64,000 nucleotides of DNA, from NCBI GenBank assembly GCA_049517335.1, contig JBEKSD010000006.1:1-64000 (forward strand), given 5' to 3'. The notes under the pieces were generated by a model. It worked only from the letters and a program-made list of their open reading frames with translations, had not been told where the DNA came from and made no database searches. The position numbers and the translations under genes are program-made. The DNA is from Candidatus Omnitrophota bacterium (GTDB taxonomy: Bacteria; Omnitrophota; Gorgyraeia; Gygaellales; Profunditerraquicolaceae). This document shows, piece by piece, positions 44,916 through 55,029 of the stretch (its first letter is position 1; the number at the start of each line of letters is the position of its first letter).

Positions 44916-46242
44916 TTCTTTTAAGATCCCTGATCTTAAAAAACGCCTTATTATTACGGGTGCTCTTTTGGCAATTTACCGTATCGGCTGTTATATCCCG
45001 ACCCCGGGCATTGACGGTAGCGCGTTGGCTGAGTTTTTTAACCGTATCGCCAAAACGCAGGGCGGCGCGCTCTTTGGCATCATTAACATGTTTTCAGGCG
45101 GCGCCATGGAAAGGCTGACTATTTTTGCCTTAGGCATCATGCCCTACATTTCGTCGTCGATTATTATGCAGCTTCTTACTGCGGTAATCCCGGCATTGGA
45201 AAAAATCGCCAAAGAAGGCAAAGCCGGGTACGAAAGGATTACACAATACACACGATACGGGACAATCGTTCTTTCGATAATACAATCTTTTTTTATTGCA
45301 CTTTGGCTTGAAAACCCAGCGCGGTTTGAAGGCTTAAAAATAGTGATGTATCCGGGCTGGGGTTTTAGGATATTGACTGTCCTGACCCTTTCCACGGGAA
45401 CCATATTCATTATGTGGCTGGGCGAACAGATACAGGAAAGAGGCATAGGAAACGGGATTTCGCTGGTTATTACCGCTGGTATCATTTCAAGAATCCCTGC
45501 GGCAATGAATCAGTTGTTTGTGCTTGTTTCCCCCTTTGCTTCAAGTCGCAGGCAAATTCAGCCCTTTACGCTCCTGATTATGGCGGCATTTTTAGTAATT
45601 GTAGTGTTTGCGGTAATCATGATTACGCAGGGCCAGAGGAAGATTCCCGTGCAATATGCGCGCCGTATTGTAGGCAGGAAGATTTACGGCGGGCAGAGCA
45701 CTTATATACCTCTTAAAGTAGATACGTCCGGAGTTATCGCGATAATTTTCGCGCAGTCAATAATACTTTTTCCAGCGACGTTGGCTTCATTTATCCCGAA
45801 CCCCGGGTTCCAGAGGCTTGCCCAGAGTTTAATCCGGGGGCACGTGCTTTATACGGTAGTTTACGCTCTTTTGATAATTTTCTTTTGTTATTTTTATACG
45901 GCAATAGTTTTTAATCCGCTTGACTTGTCCGAAAACATGAAGAAATACGGCGGGTTTATCCCGGGGATAAGACCGGGGCAGCCCACTGCGGAATTCCTTG
46001 ACTATGTGATGACCCGCATAACCTTGGCGGGTGCCGCATTCATCGCGGTCATCGCTATTTTTCCGGATTTCATTATGGCTACGCTTAAAGTCCCGTACCT
46101 TGTAGCATCATTCTTCGGCGGGACAGGGATACTTATTATCGTAGGAGTTATGCTTGATACCTTGAAACAAATTGAATCGCATCTTTTAACGCACCATTAC
46201 GAAGGCTTCATCAGGTCCGGGCATATCCGGGGAAGAAGATAA
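44896..46242 (+). CDS. secY: Preprotein translocase subunit SecY
   Basis: FALGIMPYI, GIGNGIS, FIPGIRPG, GGTGILI. Confidence 0.99.
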   Translation: MFSALVNSFKIPDLKKRLIITGALLAIYRIGCYIPTPGIDGSALAEFFNRIAKTQGGALFGIINMFSGGAMERLTIFALGIMPYISSSIIMQLLTAVIPALEKIAKEGKAGYERITQYTRYGTIVLSIIQSFFIALWLENPARFEGLKIVMYPGWGFRILTVLTLSTGTIFIMWLGEQIQERGIGNGISLVITAGIISRIPAAMNQLFVLVSPFASSRRQIQPFTLLIMAAFLVIVVFAVIMITQGQRKIPVQYARRIVGRKIYGGQSTYIPLKVDTSGVIAIIFAQSIILFPATLASFIPNPGFQRLAQSLIRGHVLYTVVYALLIIFFCYFYTAIVFNPLDLSENMKKYGGFIPGIRPGQPTAEFLDYVMTRITLAGAAFIAVIAIFPDFIMATLKVPYLVASFFGGTGILIIVGVMLDTLKQIESHLLTHHYEGFIRSGHIRGRR

Positions 46243-46892
46243 TGCGCATAATTTTATTAGGGCCGCCGGGAGCGGGTAAAGGGACCCAATCAAAGAAGCT
46301 GGCTGAAAAACTTAATCTGCCCCATATTTCAACCGGAGACATTTTAAGGCAAAACGTTAAAAACGGTACGGCATTAGGCAGTCAAGCAAAAGATTATATG
46401 GAAAAAGGCCTGCTGGTTCCTGATGAGTTAATGGCTAAAATGCTTAAAACAAGGTTTACGCAGCCGGACATAAATAAAGGTTTCATACTTGACGGTTACC
46501 CCAGGGCATTGACTCAGGCTAAGACATTGGATGAAATCTTAAGAGAAAAAAAGATCGGGATAGATTTAGTCGTATATCTTGATACCTCTGATGCGGTAAT
46601 TATCCAGCGGCTTACCGGCAGGTTAGTCTGTAGCACCTGTGGCGCGAATTTTCACATCTCTAATATGCCGCCTAAAGTAAAAGGCCTATGTGATAATTGC
46701 CAAGGCTCCCTTTATCAAAGGCCGGACGATAAAGAAGAGACGGTAAGGAAACGTATAGAAGTTTATAAAAATGAAGTTGTTTCTTTGATAAAATATTACA
46801 GGGATACCGGTAAACTGCATAGTTTGTCAGCTGACGGAGACCCGGATATAGTGTTAAATCAGATTATTGAGCTTGCAAAGCAGGGGCAATGA
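46242..46892 (+). CDS. adk: Adenylate kinase (Zn-lid type)
   Basis: GPPGAGKGT, STGD, LDGYPR, CxxC...CxxC lid. Confidence 0.98.
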   Translation: MRIILLGPPGAGKGTQSKKLAEKLNLPHISTGDILRQNVKNGTALGSQAKDYMEKGLLVPDELMAKMLKTRFTQPDINKGFILDGYPRALTQAKTLDEILREKKIGIDLVVYLDTSDAVIIQRLTGRLVCSTCGANFHISNMPPKVKGLCDNCQGSLYQRPDDKEETVRKRIEVYKNEVVSLIKYYRDTGKLHSLSADGDPDIVLNQIIELAKQGQ

Positions 46893-47632
46893 TCCCTTTA
46901 AAGTCTGAAAAAGACCTTGAGTACTTAAGGGCTGCGGGAAAAATCCTGTCTGCGGTAATAAAGGAAGTGCAAAAAATCATTAAGCCCGGGATAGCCACGA
47001 TAGAAATTGATCGGTTTGCTGAGGAATTAATTACCAAGAAAGGCGCGCTCCCGGCGTTTAAAGGGTATAAGGGTTTTCCGGCAACAGCCTGTGTTTCGGT
47101 TAACGAAGAAATAGTCCACGGTATCCCGTCGGAGCGCAAATTAGCCGAGGGGGATATCGTCAGCATAGATTTAGGCGTAAACTACCACGGTTATTTCTCA
47201 GATGCGGCGGTGAGTCTTCCGGTAGGTAGGATTGACGCAGAGAGAAACAGGTTGATTAAAGCCGCAAAAGGCTCGCTTGAAGCCGGGATAAAAAAAGCAA
47301 TGCCGGGAAAGCATTTATCGGATATCTCCAGCAGCATACAGCATTACGTTGAGAGGTGCGGTTTTTCAGTAGTCCGGCAGTTTGTCGGGCACGGCATAGG
47401 CTTGAACCTGCACGAAGAGCCGGAAATACCTAATTTTGGTCGCGCCGGCGAAGGCCCTGTCTTGAAGGAAGGCATGGTCTTAGCCATTGAGCCGATGATT
47501 AACTTAGGTTCGTGGGAAGCCGAGATTTCTGAGAACGGCTGGACAGCGGTAACCAGAGATAAACTTCCTTCGGCGCATTTTGAGCATACGGTCGCGGTAA
47601 CCGGAAGTGGTTCGGAAATATTAACGGTATAA
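46889..47632 (+). CDS. map: Methionine aminopeptidase type I
   Basis: VHGIP, GHGIG..LHEEP, AIEPM, AHFEHT. Confidence 0.98.
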   Translation: MIPLKSEKDLEYLRAAGKILSAVIKEVQKIIKPGIATIEIDRFAEELITKKGALPAFKGYKGFPATACVSVNEEIVHGIPSERKLAEGDIVSIDLGVNYHGYFSDAAVSLPVGRIDAERNRLIKAAKGSLEAGIKKAMPGKHLSDISSSIQHYVERCGFSVVRQFVGHGIGLNLHEEPEIPNFGRAGEGPVLKEGMVLAIEPMINLGSWEAEISENGWTAVTRDKLPSAHFEHTVAVTGSGSEILTV

Positions 47633-47633
47633 T

Positions 47634-47852
47634 ATGGCGAAAGAAGAACTGATTGAGACAGAAGGTAAAATCATTGAAGCGCTCCCGAATGCTATGTTCA
47701 GGGTGGAGCTGGAAAACGGCCATATAGTACTGGCGCATGTGTCGGGGAAGATGCGCATGCATTTTATAAGGATACTTCCGGGCGATAAAGTAAAACTGGA
47801 ACTTTCTCCTTATGATTTAAGCAGGGGGAGAATAACTTTTAGGGTTAAATAG
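47634..47852 (+). CDS. infA: Translation initiation factor IF-1
   Basis: [21 protein letters not shown]. Confidence 0.99.
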   Translation: MAKEELIETEGKIIEALPNAMFRVELENGHIVLAHVSGKMRMHFIRILPGDKVKLELSPYDLSRGRITFRVK

Positions 47853-47853
47853 G

Positions 47854-47967
47854 ATGAAAGTCAAAGCATCGGTAAAGAAAATTTGCGACAAGTGTAAAAT
47901 AATAAAGAGGGCGGGCGTGGTGCGGGTAATTTGCATTAACCCCAAGCACAAGCAAAAACAAGGGTAA
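47854..47967 (+). CDS. rpmJ: 50S ribosomal protein L36
   Basis: Hand translation [37 protein letters not shown]. Confidence 0.97.
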   Translation: MKVKASVKKICDKCKIIKRAGVVRVICINPKHKQKQG

Positions 47968-47993
47968 TTTTTTCAGAGGAAAGGAAAAAGGTA

Positions 47994-48413
47994 ATGCCGA
48001 GAATTTTAGGTGTTGATATTCCCAAAGAGAAGAGAATAGAGATTGCTTTATGTTATTTATACGGCATAGGCAGGGTTTTATCCAACAAAATACTCGCTCA
48101 GACAAGCATCAGTCCCGACAAGAGGGCAAAGGATTTAACCGACGAGGAGATAGCGCTTATAACCAATACTTTGCAGAAGAGCGGTTACCGGCTTGAGGGT
48201 GATTTAAGGCGTGACATTTCCCAGAATATAAAAAGGTTGATGGATATCGGTTCCTGGCGCGGTATGCGCCATAAGAGAGGGCTTCCGGTAAGGGGTCAGC
48301 GCACACGTACCAATGCCCGCACCCGTAAGGGGCCGCGTAAGGGCGGAGCAATCGTCATCAAGAAGGAAGAAACTACGAAAGCGAAACCTGCAGCAAAACC
48401 GGCAGGTAAATAA
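47994..48413 (+). CDS. rpsM: 30S ribosomal protein S13
   Basis: [26 protein letters not shown]. Confidence 0.99.
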   Translation: MPRILGVDIPKEKRIEIALCYLYGIGRVLSNKILAQTSISPDKRAKDLTDEEIALITNTLQKSGYRLEGDLRRDISQNIKRLMDIGSWRGMRHKRGLPVRGQRTRTNARTRKGPRKGGAIVIKKEETTKAKPAAKPAGK

Positions 48414-48443
48414 TAATTAATTAAAGAAAGCAGGAGAAAATTA

Positions 48444-48833
48444 ATGGCAACAAAAGAAAAAGCAAAAAAGAAAAAGATAGCAAAAGGAATTACCGCAGGG
48501 ATCGCGCATATACAGGCCAGTTTTAATAATACGATTATTACGATTACCGATAAGCAGGGAAATACTCTGGTGTGGTCGGCTCCCGGCATTGTCGGATACG
48601 GCGGTTCAAAAAAATCCACTCCTTTTGCCGCGCAGATAGCTTCAACCGATGCGGCGAGAAAAGCAAAGGAAATCGGTATCACGGAACTGGAGGTCCGCGT
48701 CAAGGGTCCGGGTTTCGGCAGGGAATCGGCCATACGTGCGTTACAGGCAGCAGGTATCACTATTACTACTATAAAGGATGTGACTCCTATTCCTCATAAC
48801 GGTTGCCGTCCTAAGAAGAAAAGGAGAGTTTAA
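48444..48833 (+). CDS. rpsK: 30S ribosomal protein S11
   Basis: [25 protein letters not shown]. Confidence 0.99.
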   Translation: MATKEKAKKKKIAKGITAGIAHIQASFNNTIITITDKQGNTLVWSAPGIVGYGGSKKSTPFAAQIASTDAARKAKEIGITELEVRVKGPGFGRESAIRALQAAGITITTIKDVTPIPHNGCRPKKKRRV

Positions 48834-48836
48834 TTT

Positions 48837-49466
48837 ATGGGCCGTTACACTGGAGCAGTTTGTAGGTTATGCCGCCGTGAAGGCGAAAAGTTGTTCTTAA
48901 AAGGTACGCGTTGCTTTACGGAAAAGTGCGCCGTAGCCAGAAGGGCTTATGCGCCGGGCCAGCACGGAGAAGGCAGGAGGTCAAAACTTTCAAATTACGG
49001 TCTTCAGCTCAGGGAGAAACAATCGGTAAAGCGCATATACGGTGTTCTGGAAAGGCAGTTCCGTAAATATTTTGAAACCGCCTCTAAAACAAAAGGCGTT
49101 ACCGGTAAAATGCTCTTGCAGTTGTTGGAGAGAAGGCTGGATAACGTTATTTTTCGCATGGGTCTTGCAATTTCCCGCGCACAAGCGCGGCAGATCGTGC
49201 GCCACAATATGGTCTATGTCAATAACAAGCGGGTAAACATACCTTCGTTTCTGGTTGATAAAGACGACATCGTTCAGCTGAAGACAAAAGAAAAAGCTTC
49301 AAAAAAAATCAAGGAAATTCTGGAATTATCCAAAGACAGGACGGTCCCCCAATGGCTTCAGTATGACACCGCTTCCTGGAGCGCTAAAGTCTTAAGGCTT
49401 CCTGAAAAAGAAGACATTCAGCAGCCGATACAGGAACAGTTGATTGTTGAGTTGTATTCCAAGTAA
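48837..49466 (+). CDS. rpsD: 30S ribosomal protein S4
   Basis: [27 protein letters not shown]. Confidence 0.99.
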   Translation: MGRYTGAVCRLCRREGEKLFLKGTRCFTEKCAVARRAYAPGQHGEGRRSKLSNYGLQLREKQSVKRIYGVLERQFRKYFETASKTKGVTGKMLLQLLERRLDNVIFRMGLAISRAQARQIVRHNMVYVNNKRVNIPSFLVDKDDIVQLKTKEKASKKIKEILELSKDRTVPQWLQYDTASWSAKVLRLPEKEDIQQPIQEQLIVELYSK

Positions 49467-49507
49467 AACTAAATTGGGAAAAGTTAATTTTATAGAGGAG
49501 GAAATTG

Positions 49508-50500
49508 ATGGGTATAAAATGGCGTGATTTTCAACTACCAAAAAGATTAGAATGCGACGAGGCCAGCTACACCAGCACCTACGGTAAATTCTCCGCCGCC
49601 CCTTTTGAAAAAGGATACGGCGTCACTTTGGGTAATTCTTTAAGAAGGGTCCTCCTATCTTCTATAGAAGGCAGTGCCGTAACTTCCATTAAGATAGCGG
49701 GAGTTTCGCATGAGTTCAGCACAATTCCCGGCGTTTTGGAAGACGTCCCGGAGATTATCCTCAATATAAAGAGTCTTGTTTTGAATTCCCATTCCAAAAT
49801 CCCCAAGACCATTTACATAAGAGCGGACAAAAAGGGAGAGATTAAGGCTAAAGATATTGAAGTTGACGAGACGATAGAAATTATCAACCCGGAATTGCAC
49901 ATCGCCACATTAACCAAGGATACGAAATTCCACGTTGAGATGGAAGTTTCGCGCGGCCGCGGGTATATCCCGGCTGAAATGAATAAAAAAGAAGAGAAGA
50001 CCACAACGGTTGTACCTATTGATTCAATCTTTACTCCTATCCGGAAAGTTAATTTTTTCGTGGAAAATACCCGCGTAGGCCAGCGGACCGACTATGACAA
50101 GCTTATTTTAGAGATATTTACTAACGGGGCAATAAGCCCTAAGGATGCTCTTTTGTACGCGTCAAATATTTTGCAGAGGCATTTGGATATCTTCGTCAGT
50201 TTCGGCCAGCTACCTGAAGACGTGGTTGAGGAAGAGCCGGAGATGACTAAAGAAGAGGCGGCCCTGTATGAGAAGCTGAGGCTGCCGATATCGGAACTGG
50301 AGCTTTCCGTAAGGAGCTCCAACTGTTTAAGAGAGGCAGGGATTAAAATTATTGCCGACTTAGTCAGGAGAGGCGAAGATGAGATGCTCGGTTTCAAGAA
50401 TTTCGGTAAAAAATCATTAACCGAGATTAAAGAACTGCTTGCGGGAATGGGTTTGACATTAGGCATGCAGATTGATCCGAAAAAACTAAAGAAAGCCTAA
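49508..50500 (+). CDS. rpoA: RNA polymerase alpha subunit
   Basis: GVTLGNSLRRVLLSS, HEFS, VRSSNCL, NFGKKS. Confidence 0.99.
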   Translation: MGIKWRDFQLPKRLECDEASYTSTYGKFSAAPFEKGYGVTLGNSLRRVLLSSIEGSAVTSIKIAGVSHEFSTIPGVLEDVPEIILNIKSLVLNSHSKIPKTIYIRADKKGEIKAKDIEVDETIEIINPELHIATLTKDTKFHVEMEVSRGRGYIPAEMNKKEEKTTTVVPIDSIFTPIRKVNFFVENTRVGQRTDYDKLILEIFTNGAISPKDALLYASNILQRHLDIFVSFGQLPEDVVEEEPEMTKEEAALYEKLRLPISELELSVRSSNCLREAGIKIIADLVRRGEDEMLGFKNFGKKSLTEIKELLAGMGLTLGMQIDPKKLKKA

Positions 50501-50506
50501 AATCAG

Positions 50507-51055
50507 ATGAGGCACGCTAAAAGAAGGAATAAACTGAACCGGGTTTCAAGCTGGAGGAAAGCGACAATTATCAGCTTGACAAAAAATATACTGAAGTATG
50601 GAAGTATTAAAACGACATTTAACCGTGCGAAGGTGGCAAAGCCGTTAGTGGAGAAACTTGTTTCTTTGGCTAAGTGCAATACTTTAGTCGCAAAGAGAAA
50701 GGCTTTTAAGATACTCGGCGAGCACGTCTTAGTTTCCAAGCTTTTTAGTGAAACAGGGCCGCTTTTTGCAAAAAGGGCAAGCGGCTTCACCAGGCTTATC
50801 TCTCTCGGCAAGCGCAGAGGCGACAATGCGGATGTAGTGATTTTTGAGCTCACCGAAAGGAAACCTAAAGAAGTCAAAAAGGTAAAGAAAGAAAAAGAAG
50901 CGAAACCGGTGGAAAGCCATCCTAAGCAGCCGGAAGCGGCGGCAAAAGAAATAAAAGAAGAGAAACAGGAAAAGCCTACGCTAAGCAAAAAGCCAGCTAA
51001 AAAATTCTTTGGCGGTTTTAAAAATATCTTTAAAAAGGAAAGGGATTCCTTATAA
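50507..51055 (+). CDS. rplQ: 50S ribosomal protein L17 with C-terminal extension
   Basis: MRH, IKTT..AK, GFTR, RRGDNA; follows rpoA. Confidence 0.96.
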   Translation: MRHAKRRNKLNRVSSWRKATIISLTKNILKYGSIKTTFNRAKVAKPLVEKLVSLAKCNTLVAKRKAFKILGEHVLVSKLFSETGPLFAKRASGFTRLISLGKRRGDNADVVIFELTERKPKEVKKVKKEKEAKPVESHPKQPEAAAKEIKEEKQEKPTLSKKPAKKFFGGFKNIFKKERDSL

Positions 51056-52215
51056 TTGCCGAACGACTCAGAAAGATTAAACCTTCCCCGACCCTTGCCA
51101 TTACCTCAAAGGCAAAGAAACTAAAAGCCGAAGGAGAGGATATTGTTAGCCTCGCTGCGGGAGAGCCGGATTTTGATACTCCTCAGTTTATTAAAGACGC
51201 AGCCATTGAGGCCATACGGCAAGGTTTTACCAAATACACCCCTACCAGCGGTACTTCTGAATTAAAAAAAACTATTTCGGAAAAATTCAGGAAAGATAAT
51301 TTCCTTGATTATAGCGCGGAACAAATCGTAGTTTCTTGCGGCGCCAAACACAGCATATTCAATGCCCTTTTTGTCCTGCTTAATAAAGGAGACGAAGTTT
51401 TAATACCTTCGCCTTATTGGGTGAGTTATCCGGAAATGGTAAATTTATGCGAAGGTAAGTCTAAGTTTATTGAAAGTCGTCCCGAAGATAATTTTAAAAT
51501 CACGCCGAAAGAGCTAGAAAAAAACATCACATCAAAAACCAAAATTTTACTGTTAAACAGTCCGTCAAACCCTACCGGAAGTGTTTATGTTTCTGCACAG
51601 CTGAAAGAAATCGCGGATATCTGCATAAGAAACAAGATTTTTGTGATTAGCGATGAAATTTATGAAAAAATAATTTTTGACGGTCTGAAAGCCGTCTCAA
51701 TTGCATCTTTAGGAAAAGATATTTATGATTTGGTCATTACCGTAAACGGGCTTTCCAAGAGTTTTTCCATGACTGGATGGAGAATAGGTTATCTGGGGGC
51801 TTCAAGAGAAATAGCGGAAGCTGTTTCGAAGGTGCAGGACCATTCCACCTCAAACCCTAACTCAATAGCCCAGAAAGCAGCAGTCGCTGCATTAAAAGCC
51901 AGCAACGATTTTTCAAATGAAATTTGCAAAGAGTTCTGTAAAAGAAGGGATTATGTTATTTCGCGCCTTGAGAAAATGAATAAGATAACCTTCGTTAAGC
52001 CCGAAGGCGCATTTTATGTATTCTTTGATATTTCCAAAACAGGGCTTGATGCCCAAACCACAGCGAACCGCCTACTTGAAGAAGCGAAAATAGCGGTTAT
52101 TCCGGGAGAGGGGTTTGGCAGGAAAGATTACTGTCGCTTGAGTTTCGCTACGAATATTCCTCAACTTGAAAGAGCCATGGACAGGCTGGAATTGTGGCTT
52201 AATAGGTTAAATTAA
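51055..52215 (+). CDS. aspC: Aspartate aminotransferase (class I/II PLP enzyme); probable non-canonical ATT or ATA start
   Basis: Frame is open upstream of the ORF-track start (AERLRKIKPSPTLAIT...AGEPDFDTP...TKYT); NSPSNPTG, SDEIY, SKSFSMTGWRIG. Confidence 0.88.
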   Translation: MAERLRKIKPSPTLAITSKAKKLKAEGEDIVSLAAGEPDFDTPQFIKDAAIEAIRQGFTKYTPTSGTSELKKTISEKFRKDNFLDYSAEQIVVSCGAKHSIFNALFVLLNKGDEVLIPSPYWVSYPEMVNLCEGKSKFIESRPEDNFKITPKELEKNITSKTKILLLNSPSNPTGSVYVSAQLKEIADICIRNKIFVISDEIYEKIIFDGLKAVSIASLGKDIYDLVITVNGLSKSFSMTGWRIGYLGASREIAEAVSKVQDHSTSNPNSIAQKAAVAALKASNDFSNEICKEFCKRRDYVISRLEKMNKITFVKPEGAFYVFFDISKTGLDAQTTANRLLEEAKIAVIPGEGFGRKDYCRLSFATNIPQLERAMDRLELWLNRLN

Positions 52216-52218
52216 ATT

Positions 52219-53472
52219 ATGCCCAGAACTATAGCTGAAAAAATATTAAGTGTTCATGCGGGTAAATCTTTGAGCGCGGGAGATTTTGCCGTATGCAAAA
52301 TTGATTTTACGTTCGGACAGGATGGGACATCTGCGATAATAATCGACCGGATAAAGGAATTAGGCGTTAAGGAATTAAAGCCGAAATTCTGTATGGTCAT
52401 TGACCATAGCGCGCCTTCTCCTAGCGAAGGCGTATCAAATGTCCATAAAAAGATGCGCGATTTCGCGCAAACTTTTGATACTAGGTTTTTTGATATCGGC
52501 TGTGGGGTCTGCCATCAGGTAATCCCTGAGTCAGGGGAAATTTTGCCTGGCGACCTTGTTTTGGGCGCTGATTCGCATACCTGTACTTACGGCGCATTAG
52601 GCGTATTTTCAACCGGAGTCGGCTCAACCGATTTGGCGATTGCTCTGGCGAGCGGGAAGAACTGGTTCAAAGTTCCGCAAACCGTTAAAATAATCATAAA
52701 AGGAAAAATCCCGAAAGGTATTTACGCCAAAGACATAATGCTGCATGTTATTGATAAGGTTAGGTCTGACGGCGCGACTTATAACGCTATTGAGTTCTCT
52801 GGACAAGCGATTGATAAACTTGATATGGACGGCCGTTTTACTATGTGTAATATGGTAATCGAGATGGGGGCAAAAACTGGTTTTATGCCCGTTGATGAAA
52901 AGACTTTATCGTGGCTTAAGCCACGCGTTAAGACGGGCGTAAAAATAAAACCGGTTGTTCCCGATAAAGACGCTGTTTATGAAAGGATTTTAGAGCTGGA
53001 TATCTCAAAGCTTAATCCACAGGTTTCAATGCCACATGCGGTGGACAATGTAACAGAAGCTGGCAAATTAAGAAAAGTTAAGATTAATGAAGCTTATCTG
53101 GGGACCTGCACAAATGCGCGATTAGCTGATTTTAAAGTTACCGCACGGATTCTAAGAGGGCGGAAGGTTGCTTCCGGAGTAAGGCTAATTATCGCACCTT
53201 CTTCTAGACAAATTTATCTGGATGCGTTAAAATTAGGTTATGTGGACACATTTATTAAGGCAGGGGCTGTTATTGTCGCGCCTGGATGCGGGCCGTGCGT
53301 AGGCACGCATAACGGTGTGCCTGCCGACGGAGAAGTTGTGATTTCAACGGCAAACAGGAATTTTAAAGGCAGGATGGGAAATCCCAAGGCCTTCATTTAC
53401 CTTGGTTCCCCTGCGACAGCGGTTTCATCGGCGATAAAAGGCCGTATTACCGATCCAAGAGAGTTTCTATAG
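52219..53472 (+). CDS. leuC: Aconitase-family (3-isopropylmalate dehydratase / homoaconitase-type) large subunit
   Basis: IDH, GADSHT, GTCTN, GCGPC (three 4Fe-4S Cys), NRNFKGRMG; substrate uncertain. Confidence 0.85.
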   Translation: MPRTIAEKILSVHAGKSLSAGDFAVCKIDFTFGQDGTSAIIIDRIKELGVKELKPKFCMVIDHSAPSPSEGVSNVHKKMRDFAQTFDTRFFDIGCGVCHQVIPESGEILPGDLVLGADSHTCTYGALGVFSTGVGSTDLAIALASGKNWFKVPQTVKIIIKGKIPKGIYAKDIMLHVIDKVRSDGATYNAIEFSGQAIDKLDMDGRFTMCNMVIEMGAKTGFMPVDEKTLSWLKPRVKTGVKIKPVVPDKDAVYERILELDISKLNPQVSMPHAVDNVTEAGKLRKVKINEAYLGTCTNARLADFKVTARILRGRKVASGVRLIIAPSSRQIYLDALKLGYVDTFIKAGAVIVAPGCGPCVGTHNGVPADGEVVISTANRNFKGRMGNPKAFIYLGSPATAVSSAIKGRITDPREFL

Positions 53473-53484
53473 GGAGGTGTTCAA

Positions 53485-54531
53485 ATGGAAATTAGGGAAT
53501 TGTTAATGATGTGCGTTGATAAAGGCGCTTCAGACTTGCATATTACCGATAATGAACCTCCGATTTTGCGCATTGACGGCAAACTTATACGCACACACCT
53601 ACCAGTTTTAAATAGGCAGGAGTTAAAAACAATGATTTACGGGGTGCTTACGAATCAGCATAAAGTGATGTTTGAGCGCGATTTAGAGCTTGATTTTTCA
53701 TTAGCCCTTCCTGGCATGGACAGGTTTCGCTGCAATATTCATCTTCAGAAAGGTTCGGTTGAAGCTGCATTCAGGAGGGTCCCGCTTGTAATTCCCAAGA
53801 TAGAAGATTTAGGGCTGCCGCCTATCGTTGCTGAATTGGCTCGTAAACCTAACGGCTTGGTTCTTGTAACCGGGCCGACCGGCATGGGTAAAACCACGAC
53901 TCTGGCGGCAATGGTGAATTTGATAAATCAGGAAAGGGAAGCATTAGTAATTTCAATTGAAGACCCGATAGAATTTATTTTTACCAACAAGAAGAGCGTT
54001 CTTAAACAAAGAGAAGTTTATAGCGATACGCTTACGTTTGCCGCGGCATTAAGGCATGCGTTAAGGCAGGACCCTAACGTAATCATCGTAGGTGAAATGC
54101 GCGATTTGGAAACTATTTCAACAGCCCTGACTGCGGCAGAAACCGGACATCTGGTTTTGGCTACCCTGCATACTCCCGATGCGCCACAGACAGTGGAAAG
54201 GATTATTGATGTTTTCTCTCCACATCAGCAGCAGCAGGTTAAATTACAATTAGCCAACTGTTTGCAGGGAGTTGTATCGCAGCTGCTCCTTCCGCGCGTC
54301 GGAGGAAAGGGTAGGGTATTGGCGACCGAGATTATGATCGGCACCCCCGGCATCAGGAACCTTATTCGCGAACAGGAAGTTGAGCAGATTCCTACTTTGA
54401 TGCAAACCGGTACCCAGTATGGGATGAGGACAATGGATAAATCATTAAAAGATCTGGTTACAAGCGGCGCAATTACGCTGGACATTGCTTTGTCTAAAGT
54501 CAAGAACTCCGAAGAATTCAGGCAGCTATGA
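53485..54531 (+). CDS. pilT: Type IV pilus retraction ATPase PilT
   Basis: ASDLH, GPTGMGKTTT, IEDPIE, LRQDP, GEMRD, ETGH, TLHT, GIRNLIRE. Confidence 0.93.
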   Translation: MEIRELLMMCVDKGASDLHITDNEPPILRIDGKLIRTHLPVLNRQELKTMIYGVLTNQHKVMFERDLELDFSLALPGMDRFRCNIHLQKGSVEAAFRRVPLVIPKIEDLGLPPIVAELARKPNGLVLVTGPTGMGKTTTLAAMVNLINQEREALVISIEDPIEFIFTNKKSVLKQREVYSDTLTFAAALRHALRQDPNVIIVGEMRDLETISTALTAAETGHLVLATLHTPDAPQTVERIIDVFSPHQQQQVKLQLANCLQGVVSQLLLPRVGGKGRVLATEIMIGTPGIRNLIREQEVEQIPTLMQTGTQYGMRTMDKSLKDLVTSGAITLDIALSKVKNSEEFRQL

Positions 54532-55028
54532 GGCTGGAAGGCAGATCCATAAAGTTAGGAGATAATATCAATACGGATTTTATTATTTCCGGCCGCTATA
54601 AATTTTCCATCACCGACATGAAAGAGCTCTCAAAACACATTATGGAGGATATTGATCCTGCATTTGCCTCTAAGATAACGCCGGGTGAGTCCATAATTGT
54701 AGCCGGGAATAATTTTGGAATGGGTTCATCGCGGGAGCAAGCACCCCTGGTAATAAAAGAAGCTGGCATTATAGCAGTGCTTTCTAGTAAATTCGCCCGC
54801 ATATTCTACCGTAACGGCTTTAATGTCGGTTTACCGTTGATTGAGACGGATACCACTAAAATTGACGAGTCCGATGAATTGGATATTGACCTGGATAAAG
54901 GTATAGTAAAAGACCTCACCAAAAATATTGAATTAAAAATAAAACCTCTTCCGGAATTTATGCAAGACCTTTTAAAAGAAGGTGGCATAGTCAACTATTA
55001 CAGGAAGTACGGGGAATTAAAAGTTTAA
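54528..55028 (+). CDS. leuD: Aconitase-family small (swivel) subunit
   Basis: GDNINTD, NFG.GSSREQA, FARIFYRN. Confidence 0.85.
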   Translation: MRLEGRSIKLGDNINTDFIISGRYKFSITDMKELSKHIMEDIDPAFASKITPGESIIVAGNNFGMGSSREQAPLVIKEAGIIAVLSSKFARIFYRNGFNVGLPLIETDTTKIDESDELDIDLDKGIVKDLTKNIELKIKPLPEFMQDLLKEGGIVNYYRKYGELKV

Positions 55029-55029
55029 G

